A stretch of 64,000 bases of DNA, taken from contig NC_058368.1 of the NCBI RefSeq assembly GCF_018350175.1, positions 125,924,001-125,988,000 on the forward strand, given 5' to 3'. The notes under the pieces are model-generated. The model had not been told where the DNA came from and ran no database searches. It worked only from the letters and a program-made list of their open reading frames with translations. Positions within the stretch are counted from its first letter, which is position 1; each line of letters starts with the position of its first letter. Positions 13,441 through 25,858 of this stretch are shown in pieces. Source of the DNA: Felis catus (lineage: Eukaryota). Position numbers and translations under genes: made by a program.

Positions 13441-13678
13441 CCTTTCTTTTCTTTTCTTTTCTTTTCTTTTCTTTTCTTTTCTTTTCTTTCCTTTCCTTTC
13501 CTTTCCTTTCCTTTCCTTTCCTTTCCTTTCCTTTTCTTTTCTTTTCTTTTCTTTTCTTTTCTTTTCTTTTCTTTCTTTCATTTCTTCTTCTTTTGTTTCT
13601 TTACTTCTTTTCTTTCTTTCTCTTCCTTCTTCCCTTCTCTCTTTTCTTTCTTTCCTCCTTTTCTTTCCTTTCTTTCTT
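13441..13678. repeat. Compound polypyrimidine repeat (TTTTC)n-(TTTCC)n-(TTTTC)n with degenerate tail
   Basis: Direct reading. Confidence 0.97.
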
Positions 13679-15239
13679 AATGCTTGTAATAATCCATTTG
13701 CTCAAGTGCTTTTGGAACTAGATTTGCCATCTCACTGGTTTCCTTATTACTGAATTAATCATTTTTCTACATGTGTAAATTTTATATTTGTATGAGAGTC
13801 ATTTCTTTCATGTTCAGTAAATTATACTTGGATGCTCTCAAATAGCAACACATACGAATCTCTTTATTTTGACACTGAACAGTCTCTTCTGCATTTCTCC
13901 TATAAATGAAAAAATTGTGGATATTTACTTACATTTGGATTTATAACATTGTTCTCCTGCTTCTAAAAATGATTTGAGGTAGTTTATATTTAAAATACCA
14001 GTGTGACATGTTTGAGCCCACATAGAATTCATTGCTAAATTTGAGAACTGTCTAAGCATGTCTGACAAATGAGTGGGAAATACCCATCAGGATACCATTT
14101 TAATGGTGACCTAAAAAGCTTTTTGGCACTTCACGGATTCTGGAGAACAGAGTGCGCATTTGGTGTTATGCTTTCAGAATATTAGCGTTTTCAATGGTGG
14201 CATCTGCAGTGGTACCTGGTAGGAGCTGGTGACACCTGGAACAAGATAATAGTCTGCCAAGAGTGACATTGGTACCTAATGCGGCAGTGGTCCCCCACAC
14301 AATGGGAACAACCTTTGGAGGAGACAGCTGGTCTATTGGCACTGGAGGCAATTGGGAAGGGAATTAAGCTAATGTAGTCCAAGTGCATCACTTATTAGAA
14401 CTCAATAGAAGGAGAAAACTTGACATAAATATTGCTTTAATGATGTCTCTTGAATATCATTAATCTGAAATTCACTTTTGACAGGAGCTCTCTGGAGAAT
14501 GACTGAAGGGCAGCTATTTTGAGTTTTAGTGTTAATTGTAAGGAAAGTAGCTTGTTCTCAACAGTCAGGCAGCATTGTTGTTATTCTGTTAGGAAATTAA
14601 GGAGCTTAAACCCTTGTCACCTAAAAAGAGCACAAATCTTCTGTAGGTGAGTCATAACAAACGTACAGGCAGAGCCAACAAAGTCTTTAGAAAAGAGATT
14701 CAAATCTGCTCAAAAGTGCAAATACTTAAGCTAGGAAGCAATCTCATATCATTGGTTTAGAAATCACTTGATAATAAGGATGTCTACAGATAGATATTTT
14801 ATTCTTTTTATTTTTCCTGTAACATTTTAGAGGTTTGGAGAAAATTAACTTGTTCCTGGGCCTGTTCAGTTAAATTGACAGACACTGTGCATTATCTGAA
14901 AGCAAATTAGAAAGGTATAACAATTTACTGGAGAATGTGTTAAGTGCATTCTAAGAACTCTGTGAATGTAAGGTATTGTTAATGACAATGAGAATATACA
15001 TTGCTCCTGTGGTGAGGGGGTGAAGGCAAGGTGTTTGCTAAGTGAAAGCTATCAAATGACCTCTGCTCTTCAGTCAGAGGTTTCAGTCCACAGTTTAGTA
15101 ATGTGTTGTTTTCTTCTTATGCCCATGATGAGATAGATTATTGAGAACAAAAGGGAAACAGAGTAAGTAATCATAGTTTGATAGGAACCTAGTGTCTTAA
15201 GTTTCCTTGGACTGAAAGGCATTATTAGCAGTTCCATTA

Positions 15240-15443
15240 CTTTTTGTTTTTTGATGTTTATTCATTTTTGAGAGAGAGAGAGAGTGAGTGGGGGAGGGAC
15301 AGAGAGAGAGGGAGACACAGATCTGAAGCAGCTCCAGGCTCTGAGCTGTGAGCACAGAACCTGATGCAGGGCTCGAGCTTGTGAACCATGAGATTATGAC
15401 CTGAACTGAGTTTGAATGCTTAACTGACTGCACCCAGGTGCCC
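15240..15443 (-). mobile_element. Can-SINE (felid type)
   Basis: cacccaggtgcccc end on +. TSD cagttccatt. Confidence 0.92.
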
Positions 15444-15759
15444 CAGTTCCATTGGTTTCAAGGTACAAATTCTGCTTCCAAGGAAAATCTGCCTTTTGAA
15501 TTTCTGTATATTTGCTGAAACATCTAGTGAATATTGGACATAAACAATGTTGGATCTAAGAGACCACAGGAGCTGTGAACCAACTAATGAGGTAGGGAAA
15601 ACTGCAAGCTCAAAAATACTTTCCTTGACAAATATGTTGGTGTTTAAGACGGTTGTACCCTTCATGACTAAGGGTGAGAGATAGATTCTGGTTGGAGCAT
15701 GAAAGGTGGGGAATAAATGTCGATTTGCTACTCACTTCCAAAATAATTCAGGCACTGTA

Positions 15760-15770
15760 TTGTATTTATT

Positions 15771-15816
<46 letters not shown>

Positions 15817-15990
15817 CATGCTTGGGGGGGAAGGAGGGGCAGAGATGGGGAGAGAGAACAGCTCAAAGAGAGCATCTCAAGCAGATTCCACACTCAGCTG
15901 GGAGCCCAATGTAGGGCTTGATCTAATGACCTTGAGATCATGACCTGAGCAGAAATCAAGAGTTGGATGCTTAACAGACTGAGCCAGGCA
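15760..15990 (-). mobile_element. Can-SINE with an expanded (GA)n tract
   Basis: gagatcatgacctgagcagaaatcaagagttggatgcttaac. Confidence 0.85.
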
Positions 15991-17952
15991 AGCTATAATC
16001 ACCTAAACTCAATGTCAGAAAAGAGAGATCAAGGAGAAACGCCTGTAAGATATTTTAATACACGTCTGTAAACATTCTTTTGGTCTTACTGAGTATTTAG
16101 TGTTTGCATCAAAGGGAGATGCAGTTTTTATAGAACTCATAAATCATAATGCAATTAATCAGAGTGCTAGGGGCCCTGAGAAGACTGGGCCATTTGTTTC
16201 ATAAAAAGATACAATGCAGGGAGAAAATGTGCTGAAGGTTCCACAGTGAGTCAGTTACATGGCTGGGACAGGGAGCCTCCATCTCAGGATTCAGTGATAG
16301 TGTTCTTTCCCAGACTGCAGTGCAGTACCAAAGCGAGCTGTGCATGAACCACAAGACAGTCCAGGTCAGCATTTAGTTTTCTCCTCTGTAATCAACCAGG
16401 GAGGGCACAGTTCATCTTTCTTGCTCTACAACAGTTGTATGCGGTAGATTCGATTATGCTTGTGTCTACATCGATTCTTGCAGCTGTATTTGAATCAGAT
16501 CCAGCCAGGTCTGTGCCAGGTGGGGAAATGTCTTTGACTTTCTTGGTCTTACTCTCTCTCTTCCTTTCCCCCCAAATCTGCTGAAATTGATTCCACGTTC
16601 ACCCCTTATTTTAGTTCAAAATCCCAATAAAGTATTAAGTGATAAAAGACAAATAATTTTATCATAAGTGCCAGATCACATCAGTCAGAATAGTTGTCTG
16701 GACAAAGGTTCAGAATGATTCTAAACAGCAGATGATCTGAGCAAGAATGATGTTTCTGTTGGTTCATGCTACCTAATAGGATGGAAAAGGAGTGAGAAAG
16801 GTTTCAAAAGGTAAAATCAGAAAGGCTTTTAAGGGCTTCATTCGCTGCTTGAAGGAGACCAAAAGCCACGAAAGTGAGGTTCACATATAAGACAGTACAG
16901 CGTGTGTTCTTTGACTGTAAAGTAACTATGATGTATCGGAAATGAAGATGAATGGAAGGAATGTAAAAGGTGTTGTCAAAGACGGTATCCATACTGGAGA
17001 TGGCCTAGTTTGCTCAGCTCTAGAGTTTGGACACTGCCAAACTGTCATTTATTTGGGTCAAATGCATGGCAGAACTAAAACTATTTTGCAGGAACATTAA
17101 CCCAGAAGCAATGTATAGGACAGTTTATAAGCAATAAGATAGGGATTACAAATAGCAATTAGTAGGCTGCTGCAAAGGGCTAGGTGAGAGGCAATGAAAG
17201 CTTCAACTAGAGCTTTGACTGCAAACCTGGAAAGGATAGAGTGGAAATGAATGGCACTGTGGAAGCAGAATCAGTAGTAAATTAGTCCCCAGTAAGGTGA
17301 CTGGGTAACAGGGAATGGTAGGTCGAAGTAACACTAACATTTCAAGCCTGAAGTGATGTATGTTATTCTTTATAACAGAGAGCTCACACGTAGGGATCAG
17401 GCATAAAATATGGTGATTTTTTAAATTAAATTTACACTTTCCCTATCAAGAGTTAATAATCTCAGAATTGTAGAACACTCATGTGAAAAGTGATTTTGAG
17501 ACTCAAGTTCACACAAAATCATATTTTAGAGTTCCTCTATTTTCGCCATTTCTGTTATCTTTATCTGTTATTGTCTATGGCTTGATTTTCATTTCTAGAC
17601 AGCTGGCAAAAATATAATAAGATAATATCCTTTTCTTTTTCTGAAAAAATGGGGATCCAAATAGAAAATAAACCATTTTCTAATAGTCAAAATTTCTAGC
17701 TGTTCATGTACAGCACTATAGTTAAGTGCCTCAAATCTCATGATTAGTACCCGCTTAAATTATGGATTATCTCACACTCTAACCAAGAATGTAATATCTT
17801 TACAGTACTTGGAGTCATACATGTTGCTAATGACTTATTAGGATGACTCCTAATTTGTAATGAGAGTGCAAATCAGTTACTTCTAAAAATAGCAAAAGCT
17901 AGTTTTGTCAACTGTGAAGAGGAGAGTTTGGATAAATGGGAAAGACATTTTT

Positions 17953-18127
17953 TTTTTTTTTAGTTTGTAAAGTTCTTTTTTTTTTCAAATATGAAATTTA
18001 TTGTCAGATTGGTTTCCATACAACACCCAGTGCTCATCCCAAAAGGTGCCCTCCTCAATACCCATCACCCACCCTCCCCTCCCTCCCACCCCCCCATCAA
18101 CCCTCAGTTTGTTCTCAGTTTTTAAGA
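17953..18127 (-). mobile_element. 5'-truncated felid L1 3' end
   Basis: L1 3'UTR motif caacacccagtgctcatccc...aaccctcagtttgttctc. TSD ggaaagacattttt at 17939-17952 and 18128-18141. Confidence 0.88.
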
Positions 18128-18514
18128 GGAAAGACATTTTTTCTAGAATAATGCTGGATTTAAAAATAACATAGAACTAAAAACTTGCCAGTTCTATATT
18201 TTCCAAGCATCCCAGCATTGAAACTTCACTAATATTCTCTTGAATTAGGTCCTAAAATTTACAGCCACAAATTAACCAGAATCTCTAGGCTTTACATTCA
18301 CATTTCTCTTTCGCTACATGTATTACTACAAGCAAATTTACCTGGGCCATGCCTTAGCTCTAATAGAAAGTGTAGTTGTATGTATCTAATAACCATTCAG
18401 CTTCATGTAGGTTTTATTCCTTTCTCCCAGCTTTTAATTAGGAATAATGGAAGCTCAGGGTCATGTTCAAAAGTGAAAGAATTAGAAGCTTCCTGATAGT
18501 GCAGCCTGTCTAAA

Positions 18515-18720
18515 TCTAATAATAGTTAATACCAACTTCATGCTTACACTTCACACCAAGGTGTATTAGTACATTACACATGTGTCATCTCATATAATCA
18601 TTTCATCATCCCTGTGGTGTTGGTATTTTATTCTCCATATTTCACAGATAAAGAAACTGTATAATTTGCCCAAGGTCATGTAGCTAGGACATACAAATCA
18701 AGAACTTGGATTGAAATCTG
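18515..18720 (-). mobile_element. MIR fragment
   Basis: tttcacagataaagaaactg...atttgcccaaggtca. Confidence 0.6.
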
Positions 18721-18790
18721 TCAGGAAATTACTAATTGTCCTCAATATTGAGACACAGACTCAGGACTGAGTAAACCATGTGACCAGCAC

Positions 18791-18993
18791 GAGGGTGCCT
18801 TGGCTGGTTAAGCAGCTGACTCTTGGTTTTGGCTCAGGTCATGATCTCACAGTTTTATAAGTTCAAGCCTTGTATCGAGCTCCATGCTGACAGTGCAGAG
18901 CTTACTTGGGATTCTGTTCCCTTCTCTCTCTGCCTCTCCCCACTTGTGCTGTCTCTGTCTCTTTCCAAATAAATAAATAAACTTGAAAAAAAA
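18791..18993 (+). mobile_element. Can-SINE
   Basis: ggctcaggtcatgatctcacag. TSD aaccatgtga. Confidence 0.88.
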
Positions 18994-21549
18994 ACCCAAC
19001 CATGTGAATTGTCAGACCAGTCAAATAAATGAAATAAAGTAATACATTTGGCTGAAATTGGACTGTGGGGTAGTGTATTATCTTGGGCAAAGGGAACTGC
19101 AACTCCAAAATCAAATCAAAAGGAGCTTTAAGCACCACAGAGTCTATAGCATACAGAAGGCTTCTTGTCTTCTACCTAAATATTCCACAATTTTGAAGGC
19201 AAGTCTAATTTTACCACATATTTTTAATAATTAGATTTGCAAAGGGAAGCCCCTTTCATTGCCTTTCCTTTGAAATGTGTCTTTATAAGTAGCTCCACTC
19301 TTTTTCTTCATCAAGTGACAGCTTACCTATAGAAAATACAAATAAATTTGGTTGTAACCCCCCAGAACACTGGTTCCACTTCTCTGGAGTAGGTAAAGCC
19401 AGTATATACTGTGTACTTGGAAGAAAAATGACCACTGTGAATAAAAATTAAACAATGGCTTACCACAGTTCCCATTCAGAAGCACCCTCCTGCATATCAA
19501 GAGACATTGTGCTTCATGCTTACCTCCTGCTACATTTGCAGCAATTATTAGGCTTTGTGACTACAAGTCTTCTCAGAGTGACGCATCCTCCACTTTTTTG
19601 AAACCCAGCTTCTGTTCTGTACTAGGGGAAAGCAGTGGTCTTGACTCCATTTGCGGAAAGAACAGAAGAATCTCCCATTCCGTGGCATTTCCCATCCACT
19701 GATGTCAGAACCCCAGTGCCTGAAGCCAGTGTATTACTTCTCACTCCTTCAGGAGTGGGCAGGGTAACTGAATTGTGCCTGAAGTTCCTCTCATTACCTC
19801 CTGGCATGCCAAACGGCCAGATGGTGTAACTGACAGATCACCCTGAGTTCTCAATGACGGTTCTCACTGGTGGTCACAGAGCCCCCCCCTGTCCCCAAGG
19901 TGAAGCCTTGCCCAAAGATGATTCAAAATCATTTTCACTCTTAGAATTCTTAGAAAGTTCCAAGAAAGGGAGAAGTCAGACCCCAAGGCATTTGGTAAGT
20001 ATACTGAGTTTTGAGCAGAAACAGTTTGGGGGAACAGTTAATGCATTTAGTAATCATAGCATAGATTATAAAACGGAGAAGAGCTGCTTGGGATTTCTGC
20101 TATCAGAGGGAATATGATCAGCTTATCACTTCCTATTCACCATTTGATTTTACACCTGGTGATCCCATGGGCACAGGTAGTTTTTGAGGGCTTTTTGGCC
20201 AAGTCTTTTTTTCACACAGTTGGACATGGAATCAGCTCACATGAGTGTCAACGGTAAATTAATCCAAGATTTTAGAATAAGCTCAAAGAATGTAAATTGT
20301 TAAAGATGTGTGGAAACTACAAAACATTTATTTTAAATTTAAATCCTAATAGGTTGTTCCAGACACTAACAGCTTACTTTTGGTTTCTAGAACATTCCAT
20401 TGACCTTCCTAGCTCTCGTCCTGAGATTCTCTTTGTGAGGGTAACATAGCATCTAAGACTCACCAGAAAAAGAAAATGTTCTTAGTGTTAACACTCTTGG
20501 AAACAAAAATAAAAGTTAATGAGCTCGAAGGAAGGCAGACATGATTGAAGCTCTATCTTTTCTCCTAAGAGCCCTATTCTGAACCACTCAGGGAAGAAAT
20601 CTAGAATGGGACAGTGAACCTGAATGGAGAATACTATGGAAAATAGAGAACAGCCAAGAAGAATCTACCCTTATAAATAGGTCAAGGAAAATAAATATAT
20701 TCATTCCACTACTGTTTATCAATACCTGGAACATGGCATCCATGAATGTACACAAACATACATGTGTATCCGTAAATTTAAAACAAAATGTGAGTATAAC
20801 TTGAAGATGAGAAAGAGGAGACTCACTAATAGCTGAAGTGTGGACCCTGAAGAACAGAAGTGAGAGGTCTTACAGAAGTATGAGGGTGGACTCTCTGTCC
20901 TTCTGGCCTCATGTTTCCAATGGACAGCCTTTCACTGGAGTATCTCCCCCACTCCGTTGGATTTCCTTCTCCAAATACTTACTCATGCCTTCCCAGGGGA
21001 GGGTGGGTGATTTATCTGATTCACCGTCACGCTTTAGAATCATTGAACTTTACTACTGATGAGAAAATTAATCTGGTGAGCAAAGGATCAGAGTAAAAAA
21101 AAAATTCATATTTTAATTAGATCAAACCTACAAGGCATCTGGTATTGCCTAAGAAAGATGTGTCAATAGTGACATATTTCAGCCCTATTGCAGAAATTCA
21201 GTAGGAGAGCGCCCACAATCCACACACCACTGTGGTTGCCACACCTACCTCATGCTGGGCATCAGAATATCTAGAGTGGCTGAGTCTGAGAAATTAAAGA
21301 GAAAGACAAGAATTTCTACTGTTTTCCTTTCTTTTTTTTTAACAATATTTTTTTCTACTGTTTTCTTATAGAATTCCCTTATTCATAGTTATAAGTGTCC
21401 TGAAGGAAAGGTGAATGTGTTTAGTTTGATGACTGTGATAGACATTGCTCCTGAGAGGACAGGGTGGTGATTGCTCACAAAGCAATGCAAATTAAATGCC
21501 AATAAGTTGAGTGATAGGGCAAATAGATTAATAAAAATCTATGCATTTT

Positions 21550-21652
21550 GGGGGCATCTGGCTGACTTATTCAGTGGAGCATGCGATTCTTGATCTTGGG
21601 GACATGAGTTAAAGCCTCATGTTGGGTATCGAGATTATTTAAATAAAATTTT
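21550..21652 (+). mobile_element. Short tRNA-like Can-SINE whose tail is split by the L1
   Basis: ggggcatctggctgacttattcagtggagcatgcgattcttgatc... TSD aaaaatctat[g/a]catttt at 21533-21549 and 28916-28932. Confidence 0.8.
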
Positions 21653-21896
21653 TTTTAACTTTATTTTTTATTTTTTAAAATTTACATCCAAATTAGCTAG
21701 TGTATAGTGAAGCAATGATTTCAGTAGATTCCTTAATGTCCCTTACCCATTTAGCCCATCCCCCCGTCCCACAACCCCTCCAGCAACCCTCAGTTTGTTC
21801 TCCATATTTATGAGTCTCTTTTGTTTCACCCCCTCCCTGTTTTTATATTATTTTTGTTTCCCTTCTTATGTTCATCTGTTTTGTCTCTTAAAGTCC

Positions 21897-24800
21897 TCAT
21901 ATGAGTGAAGTCATATGATGTTTGTCTTTCTCTGACTGACTAATTTCACTTAGCATAACACCCTCCAGTTCCATCCATGTAGTTGCAAATGGCAAGATTT
22001 CATTCTTTTTGATTGCTGAGTAATACTCCATTGTATATATATATACACCACATTTTCTTTATCCATTCATCCATTGATGGACATTTGGGCTCTTTCCATA
22101 CTTTGGCTACTGTTGATAGTTCTGTTATAAACATGGGGGTGCATGTGTCCCTTTGAAACAGCACACCTGTATCCCTTGGATAAATACTTGGTAGTGCAAT
22201 TGCTGGGTTAGAACTAGGGTAGTTCTGGTTTTAATTTTTTGAGGAAACTCCATACTGTTTTCCGGAGTGGCTGCACCAGTTTCCATTCCCACCAGCTGTG
22301 CAAAAGAGATCCTCTTTCTCCACATCGTCGCCAACATCTGTTGTTGCCTGAGTTGTTAATGTTAGCCATTCTGACAGGTGTGAGGTGGTATTTCATGGTG
22401 GTTTTGATTTGTATTTCCCTGATGATGAGTGATGTTGAGCATTTTCTCATGTGTTGGTTGGCCATCTGGATATCTTCTTTGGAGAAGTATATATTCACGT
22501 CTTTTGCCCATTTCTTCACTGGATTTTTTGGTTTTTGGATGTTGAGTTTGCTAAGTTCTTTATAGATTTTGGATACTAACCCTTTGTCTGATATATCATT
22601 TGCAAATATCTTCTCCCATTCTGTCAGTTGCCTTTTAGTTTTGCTAATTGTTTCCTTTGCTGTGCAGAAGATTTTTATTTTGATGAGGCCTCCAATAGTT
22701 CATTTTTGCTTTTGTTTCCCTTGCCTCCAGAGACGTGTTGAGTAAGAAGTTGCTGTGGCCAAAGTCAAAGAAGTTTTTTCCTGCTTTCTCCTCGAGGATT
22801 TTGATGGCTTCCTGTTTTACATTGAGGTCTTTCATCCACTTTGAGTTTATTTTTGTGTATGGTGTAAAAAAGTGGCCCAGGTTCATTCTTCTGCATGTAG
22901 CTGTTCAGTTTTCCCAGCACCACCTGCTGAAGAGACTGTCTTTATTCCATTGTATATTCTTTCCTGCTTTGTCAAAGATTCGTTGCCCATACGTTTGTGG
23001 GTCCATTTCTGGGTTCTCTATTCTATTCCATTGATCTGAGTGTCTGTTCTTGTGCCAGTACCATACTGTCTTGATGATTACAGCTTTGTAGTATAGCTTG
23101 AAGTCTGGGATTGTGATGCCTCCTGCTTTGGTTTTCTTTTTCAAGATTGCTTTAGCTATTTGGGGTATTTCCTGGTTCCATACAAATTTTAGGATTATTT
23201 GTTCTAGCTCTGTGAAGAATGCTGGTTACTTTGATAGGGATCGCATTGAATATGTAGATTGCTTTGGGTAGTAATGACATTTTAACAATATTTGTTCTTC
23301 CTATCCAGAAGCATGGAATCTTTTTCTATTTCTTTGCATCTTCTTCAATTTCTTTCATCTGCTTTCTATAGTTTTCAGTGTATAGATTTTTTACCTCATT
23401 GGTTAGATTTATTCCTAGGTATTTTATGGTTTTTTGTGCAACTGTAAATGGGATCGATTCCTTGATTTCTCTTTCTGTTGCTTCATTGTTGGTGTATAGG
23501 AATGCAACCGATTTCTGTGCATTGATTTTATATCCTGCAACTGCTGAATTCATGGATCAGTTCTAGCAGTTTTTTGGTGGAATCTTTTGGGTTTTCCATA
23601 TAGAGTATCATGTTGTCTGCGAAGAGTGGAAGTTTGACCTCCTCCTGGCCGATTTGGATGTCTTTTATTTCTTTGTGTTGTCTGATTGCAGGGGCTAAGA
23701 CTTCCCATACTATGTTGAATAACAGTGGCGAGAGTAGACATCCCTGTCTTGTTCCTGACCTTAGGGGGAAAGCTCTGTTTTTTTTCCCCATTGAAGATGA
23801 TATTAGCGTTGGGTCGCTCATATATGGCTTTTATCATCTCAAGGTATGATCCTTCTATCCCTATTTTCTTGAGGGTTTTTATCAAAAAAGGATGCTGTAT
23901 TTTGTCAAATGCTCTCTCTGCATCTATTGAGTGGATCATATGGTTCTTGTGCTTTCTTTTATTGATGTGATGAATCATGTTAATTGTTTTGCGGATGTTG
24001 AACCAGCCCTGCATCCCAAGTATAAATCCCACTTGGTCGTGGTGAATAATTTTTTTAATGTATTGTTGATCTGGCTGGCTAATATCTTGTTGAGGATTTT
24101 TGCATCCATGTTCATCAGGGAAATCGGTCTATAGTTCTCCTTTTTAGTGGGGTCTCTAGTTTTGGAATCAGAGTAATGCTGTCTTCATAGAAAGAGTTTG
24201 GAAGTTTTCCTTCCATTTCTATTTTTTGGAACAGTTTCAAGAGAATAGGTGTTAACTCTTCCTTAAATGTTTGGTAGAATTCCCCTGGAAAGCCATCTGG
24301 CCCTAGATTCTTGTTTTTTTGGCAGATTTTTTATTACTAATTCGATTTCCTGACTGGTTATGGGTCTGTTCAAATTTTCTATTTCTTCCTGTTTTAGTTT
24401 TGGTAGTGTATATGTTTCTAGGAATTTGCCCATTTCTTCCAGATTACCCATTTTGTTGGCATATAATTGGTCATAATATTCTCTTATTGTTTTTATTTCT
24501 GTTGTGTTGGTTGTGATTTCTCCTCTTTCATTCTTAATTTTACTTATTTGGGTCCTTTCCTTTTTCTTTTTGATCAAACTGGCTAATGGTTTATCAATTT
24601 TGTTAATTCTTTCAAAGAACCAGCTTCTGGTTTTATTGATCTGTTCTACTGTTTTTTTTTTTTTTGTTTGTTTTGTTTTGTTTTGTTTTTGGTTTTGATA
24701 GCATTAATTTCTGCTCTAATCTTTATTATTTCCTGTCTTCTGCTGTTTTTTGGGTTTTATTTGCTGTTCTTTTTCCAGCTCCTTAAGGCGTAAGTTTAGG

Positions 24801-25741
24801 TTGTGTATCTGAGATCTTTCTTCCTTCTTAAGGAAGTACTGGATTGCTATATACTTTCCTCTTATGACCGCCTTTGCTGTATCCCAGAGGTTTTGGGCTG
24901 TGGTGCTATCATTTTCATTGACTTCCATATACTTTTTAATTTTTTCTTTAACTTCTTGGTTAGCCCATTCTTTAGTAGGATGTTCTTCAGTCTCCAAGTA
25001 TTTGTTACCTTTCCAAATTTTTTCTTATGGTTGATTTGGAGTTTCATAGCATTGTGGTCTGAAAATATGCATGGTATGATCTCAAACTTTTTGTACTTAC
25101 TTAGGAATGATTTGTGTCCCAGTATATGGTCTATTCTGGAGAACATTCCATGTGCACTGGAGAAGAATGCATATTCTGGTGCTTTAGGATGAAATGTTCT
25201 GAATATATCTGTTAAGTCCATCTGGTCCAATGTGTCATTCAAAGCCATTGTTTCCTTGTTGATTTTTTTGATTAGATGATCTGTCCATTGCTGTGAGTGG
25301 GGTGTTGAAGTCTCCTACTATTTTGGTATTACTATAGATGAGTTTCTTGATGTTTGTGATTAATTGATTTATATATTTGCGTGCTTCCACATTTGGCGCA
25401 TAAATGTTTACAATTGTTAGGTCTTCTTGGTCTATAGACCCCTTGATTATGATCTAATGCCCTTCTGCATCTCTTGATACAGTCTTTATTTTAAAGTCTA
25501 GATTGTCTGATATCAGTATGGCTACTCCAGCTTTCTTTTGTTGACCATTAGCATGATAGATGGTTCTCCATCCCCTTATTTTCAATCTGTAGGTGTCTTT
25601 AGGTCTAAAGTGGGTCTCATGTAAACAGCATATAGATGGATCTTGTTTCCTTATCCATTCTGTTACCCTATGTCTTTTGATTGGAGCATTGAGTCCATTG
25701 ACGTTTAGAGTAGGTACTGAAAGATATGAATTTACTGCCAT
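21897..25741 (-). pseudogene. LINE-1 ORF2 (endonuclease/reverse transcriptase), disabled by several stops and frameshifts
   Basis: Fragments in order: TLNVNGLNAPIKRH (EN), SRIDH and [28 protein letters not shown] (RT), [14 protein letters not shown], and C-terminal [14 protein letters not shown]...HMTSLI* ending at 21897. Confidence 0.95.
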
Positions 25742-25858
25742 TATGATGCTTGTAGAGTTGGAGTTTCTGGTGGTGTTCTCTGGTCCTTTCTAATCTTTTG
25801 TTGCTTTTGGTATACATTTTTTTTCTTTCTTTTTTTTTTTTTTTCATCCTTTGTCTCC

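Noticed and set aside
13408..13680. Phe/Ser/Leu-rich 90-aa ORF
   Set aside because: Translation of a polypyrimidine microsatellite.
19622..20117. Cluster of short ORFs with acceptor-like (19625, 19944) and donor-like (19994) sites
   Set aside because: No continuous frame between the sites and no recognisable peptide.
21550..21630. tRNA-like sequence
   Set aside because: Degenerate, with an A-rich tail and TSD: a tRNA-derived SINE, not a tRNA gene.
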